Shown in pieces: positions 27,837-37,063 of a stretch of 48,108 bases of DNA. The stretch spans positions 1-48,108 of the forward strand of contig CAJQNW010000051.1 in NCBI GenBank assembly GCA_905479765.1, given 5' to 3'. Within the stretch, counting starts at the first letter, position 1; each line of letters starts with the position of its first letter. The notes beneath the pieces are model-generated. The model worked only from the letters and a program-made list of their open reading frames with translations, did no database searches and was not told where the DNA came from. The position numbers and the translations under genes were made by a program. This DNA is from an uncultured Tepidamorphus sp. Its GTDB lineage: Bacteria > Pseudomonadota > Alphaproteobacteria > Rhizobiales > Tepidamorphaceae.

Positions 27837-27983
27837 GAATAAAGGTGCTTATACGCACCGTGACTGTTACCTTGCGGAAACAAGCCAAATAATCGACTGA
27901 AATGAAGGACGCCTAGGGTCGGCGACCGCCAACCCGGGCGATGGTCTTTCGATCCTCGTCCGACGAGACCGAGGAGACGACCA

Positions 27984-28613
27984 ATCAATACGATCTCAAG
28001 AATCGGCGTTGCTGCCGTGACCATGCTCGCGACGTCCATGCTGCTTGCCGGTATCGGCGTTGCCGAGGCGGACACGGCGAACAATCTGAAATGCAAAGGA
28101 TGTGTCGGCGCGCGCGACATCGGCAAGAAGTCGATCGGCAGCGGCAAGATCCGCAACAACGCCATCGATACGAAACACCTGAAGGACGGCAGCGTGACCC
28201 CGGAGAAGCTATCGACGCCCGCGCAGCCGTCGGCGGCGTCCAACTTTTACACGACGAGCCTGACCGTCTACGGGCCGGGTTCGGACATTACGCTGATGAC
28301 GGACACTGTGAATGTGCCCGGCGACGGGAAACTCGTCGTGATGGCGTCCTGGCGCTGGATCTTCAACGCGGACGAAGGTTCGTATTGCTCCATCACGCTG
28401 GACTCCGAAGATTTCTCCGTCGAACGGGGAATACGGTCCAGCTCGACGGCGGGAAGCAGCCTGACGCAAAGCCCGGCATCGATGACCACGGTCTTCAAGG
28501 ATGTTGCGGCGGGCCAGCACGTGGTGCGGCTGGTGCGCGCGACGGACGGGGGCGACGAAGTCGCGATGTTCGAGCGTGGCATGACGACGATGTTCGTGCG
28601 GGGCCAGCTCTGA
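27984..28613 (+). CDS. Secreted hypothetical protein (start uncertain: ATC 27984, GTG 28017 or ATG 28023)
   Basis: Signal peptide ending AEA, CxxC (CKGC), short low-complexity repeats (SIGSGKIRNNAIDTKHLKDGSVTPEKL), beta-rich C-terminal domain. Confidence 0.7.
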   Translation: MNTISRIGVAAVTMLATSMLLAGIGVAEADTANNLKCKGCVGARDIGKKSIGSGKIRNNAIDTKHLKDGSVTPEKLSTPAQPSAASNFYTTSLTVYGPGSDITLMTDTVNVPGDGKLVVMASWRWIFNADEGSYCSITLDSEDFSVERGIRSSSTAGSSLTQSPASMTTVFKDVAAGQHVVRLVRATDGGDEVAMFERGMTTMFVRGQL

Positions 28614-28628
28614 AACGCGCGGCGTCGC

Positions 28629-29588
28629 CTACGCGCCAGGCTTCGCCGGCTTGCCCGCTGACGGGGTCCGGCCGAAGTCCGGCGCCTCGGTTTCCTGGCC
28701 GTATTCGATGATGCCGCGGCGGATGGCGCGGGTCTTGGAGAACAGCTCGAACAGCGCGTCGCCGTCGCCCCAGCGGATGGCTTTTTGAAGCGCGGTGAGA
28801 TCTTCCGAAAAGCGGGCGAGCATTTCCAGCACCGCCTCGCGGTTATGCAGGAAGACGTCGCGCCACATCGTCGGGTCGGAGGCGGCGATGCGGGTGAAGT
28901 CGCGAAAACCGCCGGCGGAGAATTTCATCACCTCCGATTCGGTGACCTCCTCCAGATGCGCGGCGGTGCCGACGATGTTGTAGGCGATCAGATGCGGCAC
29001 GTGGCTGGTGATCGCCAGCACCATGTCGTGGTGCTCGGGCGTCATCACGTCCGTGTCGGCGCCGCAGCCCTCCCAGAATCGCCTGACCAGATTGACGGCC
29101 GTCTCATCTGTTCCTGTAGGCGGGGTGAGGATGCACCAGCGGTTCTGGAACAGGTCGGCGAAGCCCGCGTCGGGACCGGAATGCTCGGTGCCGGCGATCG
29201 GGTGGGCCGGGACGAAATGGACGTTTGCCGGCAGGTGCGGGGCCATCTGCGCGACGACGGAGGTCTTGGTGGAACCGACGTCGGAGACGATGGCGCCGGG
29301 CTTCAGTGCCGGACCGATTGCCGCGGCCACGTCGCCGGAGACGCCGACCGGCACCGAGACGATGACGAGGTCGGCGTCGCGTACGGCCTCGGCCGCATCG
29401 GTCGAATAACTGTCGCCGAAACCCAAGGCTTTAGCGCGGGCGAGCGTGTCGGCGCTGCGGGTCTGCACCGCGATATGGCCGGCCAGTCCCTCGCGCCTTG
29501 CCACGCGGGCAATCGAGGAGCCGATCAGGCCGATGCCGACCAGGGCGAGCTTGTCGATAATCGGTTTCTTGGCTGGCTGCTTCGCCAT
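28629..29588 (-). CDS. tyrA: Prephenate/arogenate (cyclohexadienyl) dehydrogenase
   Basis: GIGLIGSS, DVGSTK, HPIAGTE, SHVPH and GGFRDFTRIA. Confidence 0.93.
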   Translation of the reverse strand: MAKQPAKKPIIDKLALVGIGLIGSSIARVARREGLAGHIAVQTRSADTLARAKALGFGDSYSTDAAEAVRDADLVIVSVPVGVSGDVAAAIGPALKPGAIVSDVGSTKTSVVAQMAPHLPANVHFVPAHPIAGTEHSGPDAGFADLFQNRWCILTPPTGTDETAVNLVRRFWEGCGADTDVMTPEHHDMVLAITSHVPHLIAYNIVGTAAHLEEVTESEVMKFSAGGFRDFTRIAASDPTMWRDVFLHNREAVLEMLARFSEDLTALQKAIRWGDGDALFELFSKTRAIRRGIIEYGQETEAPDFGRTPSAGKPAKPGA

Positions 29589-29597
29589 CGGCCCGGA

Positions 29598-30701
29598 TTA
29601 TCCCTTGCCCATCAGTTTGCCGAGCACGTCGACGACCAGCCTGTTTGCCTCCTCGGTGCCGACCGTGATGCGCAGGCAGGCCGGCAGGCCGTAGGCCTCC
29701 ATGCGGCGCACATAGACGCCGTTGTCCTGCAGGGTCGTGTCGGCGTCGGCGGCGCGCCTGCCGTCCACGTCGGGGAACTCGATCAGCAGGAAGTTGCCGA
29801 CGCTCGGCGTCACGCCGAGGCCGAGGCCCTCGAGCTTCTCGGTCAGCCACGGTAGCCACTGCTCGTTGTGGGCGATGGCGGTGTCCATGAAAGCGGTGTC
29901 GTTGATCGCCGCGACACCGGCGGCGATCGCCGGGGCGTTGACGTTGAAGGGGCCGCGCACTCGGTTGAGGATGTCGGCGATCGCTTCCGGACAGAACGCC
30001 CAGCCGAGCCGCACCGCCGCTAGGCCGTGGATCTTCGAGAAGGTCCGCATCATGACGACGTTGCTTGAATTGGCGACCAGGTCGATGCCGGCGGAATAGT
30101 CGTTGCGGCGGACATACTCGGCATAGGCCGCGTCGATCACCAGGATGACGTTCTTCGGCAGGCCGGCGTGCAGCCGCTGCACCTCCTCGAAGGGCAGATA
30201 GGTGCCGGTCGGATTGTTGGGATTGGCCAGGAACACCAGCCGGGTGCGGTCAGTGACGCAGGCGAGCAAGGCATCGACATCGGCGACGCGGTCGGTCTCC
30301 GGCGCGACGACCGGCACGCCGCCCGAGGCCAGCGTCGAAATCTTGTACATCAGGAAGCCGTACTGGCTGTAGAGCGTCTCGTCGCCGGGCTCCAGATAGG
30401 TGTGGCAGAGCAGGCCGATGAGCTCGTCGGAACCGGCGCCGCAGACGATGCGGGCGGGATCGATGCCGTATTTCGCGCCGATCGCCTTGCGCAGCACGGT
30501 GGCGCCGCCGTCGGGATAGGCCTCGAGATGCTCGGCCGCGGCGACATAGGCCTGCCGCGCCCTGGCGCTCGAGCCCAGCGGCGATTCGTTCGACGACAGC
30601 TTGAACACCTTGCCGCCGCCTTCCCTGGCGGTGCCGGGCACATAGGCCTTGATCTCAAGAACGCTGTCGCGCGGCTGAGGTCCGGATTTGGTTTCGCTCA
30701 T
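29598..30701 (-). CDS. hisC: Histidinol-phosphate aminotransferase
   Basis: [14 protein letters not shown] and [15 protein letters not shown]. Confidence 0.95.
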   Translation of the reverse strand: MSETKSGPQPRDSVLEIKAYVPGTAREGGGKVFKLSSNESPLGSSARARQAYVAAAEHLEAYPDGGATVLRKAIGAKYGIDPARIVCGAGSDELIGLLCHTYLEPGDETLYSQYGFLMYKISTLASGGVPVVAPETDRVADVDALLACVTDRTRLVFLANPNNPTGTYLPFEEVQRLHAGLPKNVILVIDAAYAEYVRRNDYSAGIDLVANSSNVVMMRTFSKIHGLAAVRLGWAFCPEAIADILNRVRGPFNVNAPAIAAGVAAINDTAFMDTAIAHNEQWLPWLTEKLEGLGLGVTPSVGNFLLIEFPDVDGRRAADADTTLQDNGVYVRRMEAYGLPACLRITVGTEEANRLVVDVLGKLMGKG

Positions 30702-30751
30702 GGTCGGTATCTCGGTGTGTAAAGCAGGATCTTAGTGTCTAAAAATGGGGC

Positions 30752-31582
30752 TCAGTTATTCCAGACGGGCGGCTCGGCGAAACTGCCGAGCCATTCGGGT
30801 TCGGCTTCTTCCGGCGCGGCCCCTTCGAACGCCTCGGGCGCCAGCGGGGAGGCGATGACGGCGATGCCGGTTTCCCGCGAGAGGACACGACCGAGCCCCT
30901 CGGTCGGGGCATCCGCGCCGAGAATGACGGCATAGACGTGGAAATCCGTCGGCGCGTCGACGTTCTGCGGGCCGATTACCAGCGCGGGCGGCAGATCGAG
31001 GCCGCCGGTCAGCGGCAGGAACGGAAGCGCGGCGATGACCTTGGCGCCGACGCCGTCGTCACCGGCGTTGGCGGGCACTTCCAGCGCGCGCCACCAGTTC
31101 TCGTCCGGGTTTTCCTCCAGCGGATCGTCGAGCGCGACCACGGCCAGATCGGTGCCGGTGCGGGCGACGGTGGCCACCGCGTCGCGGTTGGTGGCGGTCA
31201 CTTCGAGCGGCGAGGAGAAGCCGAAATAGTAGCGCAAAAGGTCGCGCATGCGCGGGTCGTCGGCGCGCGCCGACAGCACCCGGTAGGGCGCCTGGAGCTG
31301 GGTGAAGGTGCCGATGATCTCGCGCCAGATGTGCTCGACCGTCGACAGCGGCAGGCTGCCGGAATGACGCTCGGCGAAGCGGCGCATCATCGCGGCTTCG
31401 CGATCGGGCCGGAAGGCGGCGCCCCTGGGACCGAGCTTCTTGGCTTCGATCAGTTGTTCGATGACCTGGCTGCGGTGCATCAGCAGGCGATGCATTTCCT
31501 GGTCGGCGGTGTCGATTTCCTGACGCAGTGCGGCAAGGCTCGCGCCGTCTTGTTCAGGGGAGTTTGCTGTAGTCTCGGACAT
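30752..31582 (-). CDS. Chorismate mutase (AroQ) with C-terminal extension
   Basis: LAALRQEID, RPDRE and IWREII; upstream of hisC-tyrA. Confidence 0.88.
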   Translation of the reverse strand: MSETTANSPEQDGASLAALRQEIDTADQEMHRLLMHRSQVIEQLIEAKKLGPRGAAFRPDREAAMMRRFAERHSGSLPLSTVEHIWREIIGTFTQLQAPYRVLSARADDPRMRDLLRYYFGFSSPLEVTATNRDAVATVARTGTDLAVVALDDPLEENPDENWWRALEVPANAGDDGVGAKVIAALPFLPLTGGLDLPPALVIGPQNVDAPTDFHVYAVILGADAPTEGLGRVLSRETGIAVIASPLAPEAFEGAAPEEAEPEWLGSFAEPPVWNN

Positions 31583-31752
31583 CGCGGACGGCGCCTTTTC
31601 GGTGGCGATTTTTTAAGATTAAAATGGCCGGACGGCCGGGGCGGAGTCATACGGGAGGCGCCCCGGGAAATCAAAGAAAACATTGACATGGCCGGGTCAC
31701 CGGCCCAGTTAAAGCGGCCCGGATGCGCAGGATCGCAAGGCGGTTTTCCACC

Positions 31753-32979
31753 ATGACACCCGATATCGGCGCGCCGGGTCAAAACGCTATGGAAACAGAG
31801 ACCGACATCCGCTCGACGGCGTCCCGCCAGATCGAGGCCCCCGACAGCCAGGTCGCCCGATTCGGCCCGGACGATCCGCTGCGGCTGGATTGCGGCGTCG
31901 ATTTCGCGCCGCTGACAGTAGCCTACCAGACCTACGGCACGCTGAACGAGGACAGGTCCAATGTGATCCTCGTCGCCCACGCGCTGACCGGCGACCAGCA
32001 TGTCGCCAACGAGCACCCCGTCACAGGCAAGCCCGGCTGGTGGGACCTGATGGTCGGGCCGGGCAAGCCGATCGACACCAACCGCTATTTCGTCATCTGC
32101 ACCAACGTGCTGGGCGGCTGCCTTGGCACGTCGGGGCCAGCCAGCATCGATCCGGCGACGGGCGAGCCGTACGGCCTGAATTTTCCGGTCGTGACGATCC
32201 CCGACATGGTGCGCGCGCAGGCCAAGCTGCTCGATCATCTGGGCATCGAGACGCTGTTTTGCGCCATCGGCGGATCGATGGGCGGGATGCAGGTGCTGCA
32301 ATGGGCCGCCAGCTATCCCGAACGCGTGTTCTCGGCGATCCCGATCGCCACGGCGGCGCGGCATACCTCGCAGAACATCGCCTTTCACGAGGTCGGCCGG
32401 CAGGCGGTGATGGCCGATCCGGACTGGCGCGGCGGGCGCTATCTGCTGGAGGGCGCCAATCCGACCAAGGGGCTGGCGGTGGCGCGGATGGCCGCGCACA
32501 TCACCTATCTGTCGGACGAGGCGCTGCACCGCAAGTTCGGCCGCAACCTGCAGGACCGCAAGGAAATCACCTTCGGTTTCGACGCGGATTTCCAGATCGA
32601 GAGCTACCTGCGCTACCAGGGCATGACCTTCGTCGATCGGTTCGACGCCAACGCCTACCTCTATGTGACGCGGGCGATGGACTATTTCGACCTGGCCGCC
32701 GACTTCGACGGGCAGCTCGCCAACGCGTTCCTGGGCACAAGCACGCGGTTCTGCATCGTGTCGTTCACCTCCGACTGGCTGTTCCCGACCGCAGGCAACC
32801 GCCAGGTGGTGCACGCGCTGAACGCGGCCGGCGCGCGGGTGAGCTTCGTCGAAATCGATACCGACCGCGGCCACGACGCCTTCCTGCTCGACGAGCCGGA
32901 GCTGTTCGCGGCGGTGCGGGGTTTCCTGGATTCGGCCGCCCAGGCGCGCGGCCTTCCCGCTCTGGTGCCGGTTCGATGA
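31753..32979 (+). CDS. metX: Homoserine O-acetyltransferase
   Basis: [18 protein letters not shown] and GHDAFL. Start may be 31753 or 31789. Confidence 0.95.
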   Translation: MTPDIGAPGQNAMETETDIRSTASRQIEAPDSQVARFGPDDPLRLDCGVDFAPLTVAYQTYGTLNEDRSNVILVAHALTGDQHVANEHPVTGKPGWWDLMVGPGKPIDTNRYFVICTNVLGGCLGTSGPASIDPATGEPYGLNFPVVTIPDMVRAQAKLLDHLGIETLFCAIGGSMGGMQVLQWAASYPERVFSAIPIATAARHTSQNIAFHEVGRQAVMADPDWRGGRYLLEGANPTKGLAVARMAAHITYLSDEALHRKFGRNLQDRKEITFGFDADFQIESYLRYQGMTFVDRFDANAYLYVTRAMDYFDLAADFDGQLANAFLGTSTRFCIVSFTSDWLFPTAGNRQVVHALNAAGARVSFVEIDTDRGHDAFLLDEPELFAAVRGFLDSAAQARGLPALVPVR

Positions 32980-33635
32980 ACGCGGCGCCACCCATGACTC
33001 CGGACGATCCGATCAGGACGATGGCGCTGAGCGACCGCCGCGACCTGCAGCTGCTGGCCGACCTGATCGAGCCGGGCTCGCGGGTGCTCGACGTCGGCTG
33101 CAGCGACGGGACGCTTCTGAAGATCCTGGAAAGCCGGCACGGCATCGACGGGCGCGGCATCGAGCTCAGCCAGCGCGGCGTCAACGAATGCGTCGCCAAG
33201 GGCCTTGCCGTGGTGCAGGGCGATGCCGACCACGATCTGATCAACTATCCCGACAACGCCTTCGACTACGTGGTTTTGAGCCAGACGATCCAGGCGACCT
33301 ACAATCCGCGCTTCGTTCTGGAGCAGATGTTCAGGATCGGCGCGCGCGGCATCGTCAGCTTCCCGAACTTCGGCCACTGGCGGATGCGCTGGCAACTGCT
33401 GACGGGGGGGCGGATGCCGGTCACCGAGCATCTGCCGGTCAGCTGGTATGCGACGCCGAACATCCACTTCTGCACGATCCGCGACTTCGTCGCGCTGGTC
33501 GAGGAGCTGGGCGCGACGATCGAGCGGGCCATCGCGCTGAACTCGAAAGGCAACCGCATCGACGAGGGCGCCTCGCTCAGGCGCCGCAATCTCATGGGCG
33601 AGCAGGCGATCTTCCTGCTGTCGAAGCCGCGCTGA
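32976..33635 (+). CDS. metW: Methionine biosynthesis protein MetW
   Basis: ATGA overlap with metX; [14 protein letters not shown] and TPNIHFCT. Confidence 0.93.
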   Translation: MNAAPPMTPDDPIRTMALSDRRDLQLLADLIEPGSRVLDVGCSDGTLLKILESRHGIDGRGIELSQRGVNECVAKGLAVVQGDADHDLINYPDNAFDYVVLSQTIQATYNPRFVLEQMFRIGARGIVSFPNFGHWRMRWQLLTGGRMPVTEHLPVSWYATPNIHFCTIRDFVALVEELGATIERAIALNSKGNRIDEGASLRRRNLMGEQAIFLLSKPR

Positions 33636-33667
33636 CAGGCTGAGCCTGTCCCTTCTTTCCTTCTTTC
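33634..33667 (+). terminator. Putative intrinsic terminator after metW
   Basis: GACAGGC-TGA-GCCTGTC followed by a pyrimidine/T-rich run. Confidence 0.5.
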
Positions 33668-33757
33668 TACGTCATTGCCGGGCTTGACCCGGCAATCTCA
33701 GTTCGGATGGCGGTGCCCTCGCAACTAGATCCCCGGATCAAGTCCGGGGATGACGTA
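33668..33757. repeat. Paired REP-like palindromic element (CGTC-type)
   Basis: CGTCATTGCCGGGCTTGACCCGGCAATC ... GATCCCCGGATCAAGTCCGGGGATGACG: two inverted hairpin units. Confidence 0.8.
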
Positions 33758-33809
33758 AGAGGGGGTGGGGCTTCATAAGGCGAGAGCCTGATCGGGGGGC
33801 GGGCCTCGC

Positions 33810-33843
33810 CAAAGAAAAAGCCCGGGCAGGGCGCCCGGGCTTC
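33810..33843 (-). terminator. Intrinsic terminator of the small secreted protein gene
   Basis: Minus strand reads GAAGCCCGGGC-GCCCT-GCCCGGGCTTT-TTCTTT. Confidence 0.8.
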
Positions 33844-33869
33844 ATTCAGGTCCGTCCAAAACGCCGAGC

Positions 33870-34040
33870 CTATTCCTGTACGGTCGGGCTCGTCGTGGTC
33901 TCGGTCGGTGTACTGATCTGCGCGGTCTTGACCGGGGTCGACATGGTGGCCGTGTTGTGGGCCGGGCATGCCAGGACCGGCGTCGCGAAAGCCGCGGCGA
34001 GCGCAACAGCGCCAAAACCGGCGAGGAGTTTGCGGGTCAT
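33870..34040 (-). CDS. Small secreted protein, 56 aa (not in the ORF track)
   Basis: AGGAGGTG RBS; MTRKLLAGFGAVALAAAFATPVLACPAHNTATMSTPVKTAQISTPTETTTSPTVQE; signal peptide; own terminator. Confidence 0.8.
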   Translation of the reverse strand: MTRKLLAGFGAVALAAAFATPVLACPAHNTATMSTPVKTAQISTPTETTTSPTVQE

Positions 34041-34158
34041 GAATCACCTCCTCTCGTCACGGGGCGAAAGGCCCCTATAGATGGAAAGCGCCGTCAGGGA
34101 GCGCCAGCATCACGCTACGCCCGGTTGCCGGTTCCTCCAAGCGAAACCGGCTCACGTT

Positions 34159-34230
34159 CCTGTGAAGACGAGTCCAGGCCCCGTGAAGACAAGCCAGGAC
34201 CTATGAAGACAAGCCAGGGCCTGTGAGGAT
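34159..34230. repeat. Tandem direct repeat, ~20-bp unit, 3.5 copies
   Basis: CCTGTGAAGACGAGTCCAGGC / CCCGTGAAGACAAGCCAGGA / CCTATGAAGACAAGCCAGGG / CCTGTGAGGAT. Confidence 0.8.
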
Positions 34231-34261
34231 GGGTTTCGTGCGCGGACCCCGTGAGGCCGCG

Positions 34262-35251
34262 TCAGGCGCGGGGATGGGCGCTGCGATAGGCCTCGAGCAG
34301 CCGGCTTTCGTCGATCTCGGTATAGACCTGCGTTGTCGACAGGCTGGCGTGGCCGAGCAGTTCCTGGATGGCGCGCAGGTCGCCGCCGTTCATCAAGAGG
34401 TGCGTGGCGAAGGAATGGCGCAGCGCGTGCGGGGTGGCGCTGTCTGGCAGGCCGAAGGCGCCGCGCAGGTTGGCCATGCGGCGCTGGACGATGCGCGGGT
34501 TGAGCGGGCCGCCGCGCGCGCCGACGAACAGCGCGCCGTCGGGGGAAAGCGCATAGGGGCAGAGCCGCAGGTAATCGGCGACGGCCTCGGCGACGGCGGG
34601 CAGCACCGGCACCAGCCGCGTCTTGCCGCCCTTGCCGGTGATGCGCAGCACCGTATCGGTCCCCGGCTTCGGCGCTTCGGAGCGCGTCAATCCGAGTGCC
34701 TCGGAAATGCGCAGGCCGCAGCCGTAAAGCAGTGAAAAGACCGCCGCGTCACGCGCGGCGATCCAGGGTTCAGCCTCGCCGGGGTCGATTTCGTCGGAAT
34801 CGATGACGCGCAGCGCTGATTCGGCCGACAAGGGCTTGGGCAGGGCGTGGCGCTTCTTCGGCCCGCGCACCACGGTCAGCGCGGTGGTTTTCGCGCCGGT
34901 GGTCTTTTCCAGGAAGCGGGCGAACGAGCGGATCGCGGCCAGCGCCCGCGACAGGGAGGGGCCCGACAGCCCGCCGGCGCGGCGCGCGGCGAGATAGGCG
35001 CGAATGTCTGTGGGGCTCAGATCCGAAAAGCCGTCGACTGCCGGCGGTCCGCCGAGGTGATCGCGCAGGAAGGTCAGGAACTGGCGCAGGTCGCGGCCAT
35101 AGGCCTCGACGGTCTTGTCGGAGAGGCGGCGCTCGGTGGCCAGATGCGTCAGCCAGCCGTTGGCGGCGGCGCGAAGATTAGGCGCGGCGAGCTGCGGGCC
35201 GATAGTTTCGGTGAGGACGTCGTCGTTCCGCATTTGCGGCTTGCTATCCAT
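34262..35251 (-). CDS. xerC: Tyrosine recombinase XerC
   Basis: YGCGLRISE, GKGGKTRLVP and TPHALRHSFATHLL...LLGHASLSTTQVY...HPRA; near priA as is usual in Alphaproteobacteria. Confidence 0.92.
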   Translation of the reverse strand: MDSKPQMRNDDVLTETIGPQLAAPNLRAAANGWLTHLATERRLSDKTVEAYGRDLRQFLTFLRDHLGGPPAVDGFSDLSPTDIRAYLAARRAGGLSGPSLSRALAAIRSFARFLEKTTGAKTTALTVVRGPKKRHALPKPLSAESALRVIDSDEIDPGEAEPWIAARDAAVFSLLYGCGLRISEALGLTRSEAPKPGTDTVLRITGKGGKTRLVPVLPAVAEAVADYLRLCPYALSPDGALFVGARGGPLNPRIVQRRMANLRGAFGLPDSATPHALRHSFATHLLMNGGDLRAIQELLGHASLSTTQVYTEIDESRLLEAYRSAHPRA

Positions 35252-35292
35252 CAGGCCCTATCCATCAGGCATCGCCTTGCGGATTGCTCGGC

Positions 35293-35433
35293 CTCGTGCC
35301 CCGGACTTGATCCGGGGCCCAGAGAAGCGGTGCTGCGGGTTCGGCCATAAGACGACGCCTTCGGCGGGATCGTTACGCTGGGTTCCGGCCCGCCATACAC
35401 TCGCTGGCGCTCGCTGCCGGCGTCCGGAAAACG
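35293..35433. repeat. Paired REP-like palindromic element
   Basis: CTCGTGCCCCGGACTTGATCCGGGGCCCA plus a degenerate partner ending CCGGAAAACG; same core as 33728-33755 and 36703-36731. Confidence 0.7.
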
Positions 35434-35483
35434 CGGCTCTCCATATTTGTCGCCGTCCCGTTAACCTTCCGTTTCAGCTCGCC

Positions 35484-35783
35484 TCAGGCGGTGGCGACCG
35501 GTTCGCCGTAGTGCTCGACCGTTGGGAACGGGTCATAGAAACGGTGCAGCAGCTCTTTCCAGCGCGGATAGCGGTCGGAACCCCGGAATCCGGGGTCGTG
35601 GGCCTCGACGCTCTCCCATTTCACCAGCAGCACGTAGCGGTCGGGGCTTTCGACGCAGCGGCGGACCTCGATGCCGCCGAAGCCGGGGCTTGCCGATATC
35701 AGTGGCAGGGCCTCGGTCATCGCCGCCTCGAATTCGGCGGCGAGGCCGGGTTTCACGTCGAGGATCGCGTGTTCGAGGATCAT
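35484..35783 (-). CDS. Antibiotic biosynthesis monooxygenase (ABM) family protein
   Basis: MILEHAILDVKPG, WESVEAH..GFRGS and LLHRFYDPFPTVEHY. Confidence 0.88.
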   Translation of the reverse strand: MILEHAILDVKPGLAAEFEAAMTEALPLISASPGFGGIEVRRCVESPDRYVLLVKWESVEAHDPGFRGSDRYPRWKELLHRFYDPFPTVEHYGEPVATA

Positions 35784-35789
35784 CGCTAT

Positions 35790-35823
35790 CTCAGAGAATC
35801 GACTGGCTCAGAGAATCGACTGG
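35790..35823. repeat. Perfect 17-bp tandem duplication covering the transaldolase stop codon
   Basis: CTCAGAGAATCGACTGG at 35790-35806 and again at 35807-35823. Confidence 0.9.
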
Positions 35824-36461
35824 CCCGTCTTCTCCCAGTCGGCGAGGAAGGCCGCCAGGCCCTTGTCGGTGAGCGGATGGGACACGAGCTGGCGGATGAT
35901 CGCCGGCGGGATGGTGGCGACGTCGGCGCCGGCCAGCGCGCAGTCCTTGACGTGGTTCACCGTGCGGATCGAGGCGGCCAGCACCTCGGTCTCGAAGCCG
36001 AAATTGTCGTAGATCGCCCGGATTTCGGAGATCAGCTCGACGCCGTCGAGGCCGATATCGTCGAGGCGGCCGATGAAGGGCGAGACGAAGGTCGCCCCGG
36101 CCTTGGCGGCCAGCAGCGCCTGGTTGGCCGAAAAGCACAGCGTCACATTGACCATGGTCCCGGCCTCGGTCAGCGTCTTGCAGGCCTTGAGGCCGTCCAT
36201 CGTCAGCGGCACCTTGACCGTGACGTTGTCGGCGATCCCGGCGAGGCTGCGGCCCTCGGTGATCATGCCCTCGGCGTCGGTGGCGGTGACCTCGGCTGAA
36301 ACCGGGCCCTCGACGGCGGCGCAGATTTCGGCGACGGTCTCGCGGAACGGCCGGCCGGTCTTGGCGACCAGCGAGGGATTGGTCGTCACTCCGTCAAGCA
36401 GGCCGGTTTCGGCGAGCGAACGGATCTCGTTGATGTCGGCGGTGTCGACGAAGAATTTCAT
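35808..36461 (-). CDS. tal: Transaldolase (Fsa/TalC family)
   Basis: [37 protein letters not shown] and HPLTDKGL. Confidence 0.93.
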   Translation of the reverse strand: MKFFVDTADINEIRSLAETGLLDGVTTNPSLVAKTGRPFRETVAEICAAVEGPVSAEVTATDAEGMITEGRSLAGIADNVTVKVPLTMDGLKACKTLTEAGTMVNVTLCFSANQALLAAKAGATFVSPFIGRLDDIGLDGVELISEIRAIYDNFGFETEVLAASIRTVNHVKDCALAGADVATIPPAIIRQLVSHPLTDKGLAAFLADWEKTGQSIL

Positions 36462-36572
36462 GGGATTATCCTAACATTGCGCCGGCGGACGGCTGACCGG
36501 GGCTCTGTTTAGCGTACTTTGAGGCCGATGACAGTCCCGCGATTCGACATTGCTTTACACATGCCTCCCGCG

Positions 36573-36965
36573 CGTCATGCCGGAGCGGGCGAATACCCGC
36601 GTCCGGGATCGGCGCATGCCTTGGCACGGCGGCCATGGGCCCTGGATCAAGTCCAGGGCACGAGTCCGGAGTTGTGGCAAAGGCATAGCGAGATAAATCA
36701 GCCTCGTGTCCCGGACTTGATCCGGGACCCATTGCGGCCTGCCGGGGCGGCCTGCCGGGCGGTCCGTCGGATCGTCGCAGGAGGCGAGGAAATATCGGAC
36801 GCACGGCAGCGGAGGCGCCGTCCGGTCGCGGGCGGATCGGCCGTTCTCCCGCCCAACCGTCGTCATCCCGGACATCGTGCCAGCGATGATCCGGGATCGG
36901 AGCGCTATGGATGGCGCGGAGGCCCTCCGATCCCGGCTCTCCGCTTCGCTTCGGCCGGGATGACA
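36573..36965. repeat. Cluster of at least five REP-like palindromes between tal and priA
   Basis: Units at about 36573, 36636-36664, 36703-36731, 36861-36900 and 36927-36965, with CGTCAT/ATGAC ends or GGACTTGATCC/GGATCAAGTCC cores. Confidence 0.8.
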
Positions 36966-37063
36966 ATGGTGAGGGCAGCATGCGCGGCCGGAGTGACAAT
37001 GGAGCGGGGAGTGCGAGCTGTCTGGATGACAAAGATGGAGGCGATGGAACCCGTGGGGTCGTC

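Noticed and set aside
31583-31752. SAM-II (SAM-alpha) riboswitch upstream of metX
   Set aside because: GGTGGCGATTT resembles the 5' part, but the TTGCA...GCTAAA elements are not present in order; an Rfam scan would settle it.
31890-32975. Long N-terminal extension of MetW
   Set aside because: Off-frame overlap with metX; the ATGA coupling at 32976 marks the start.
34159-34230. CRISPR array
   Set aside because: Units are contiguous with no unique spacers, and no cas genes are present.
34262-35251. Phage or island integrase
   Set aside because: Sequence features and position near priA fit housekeeping XerC; no att sites or cargo adjacent.
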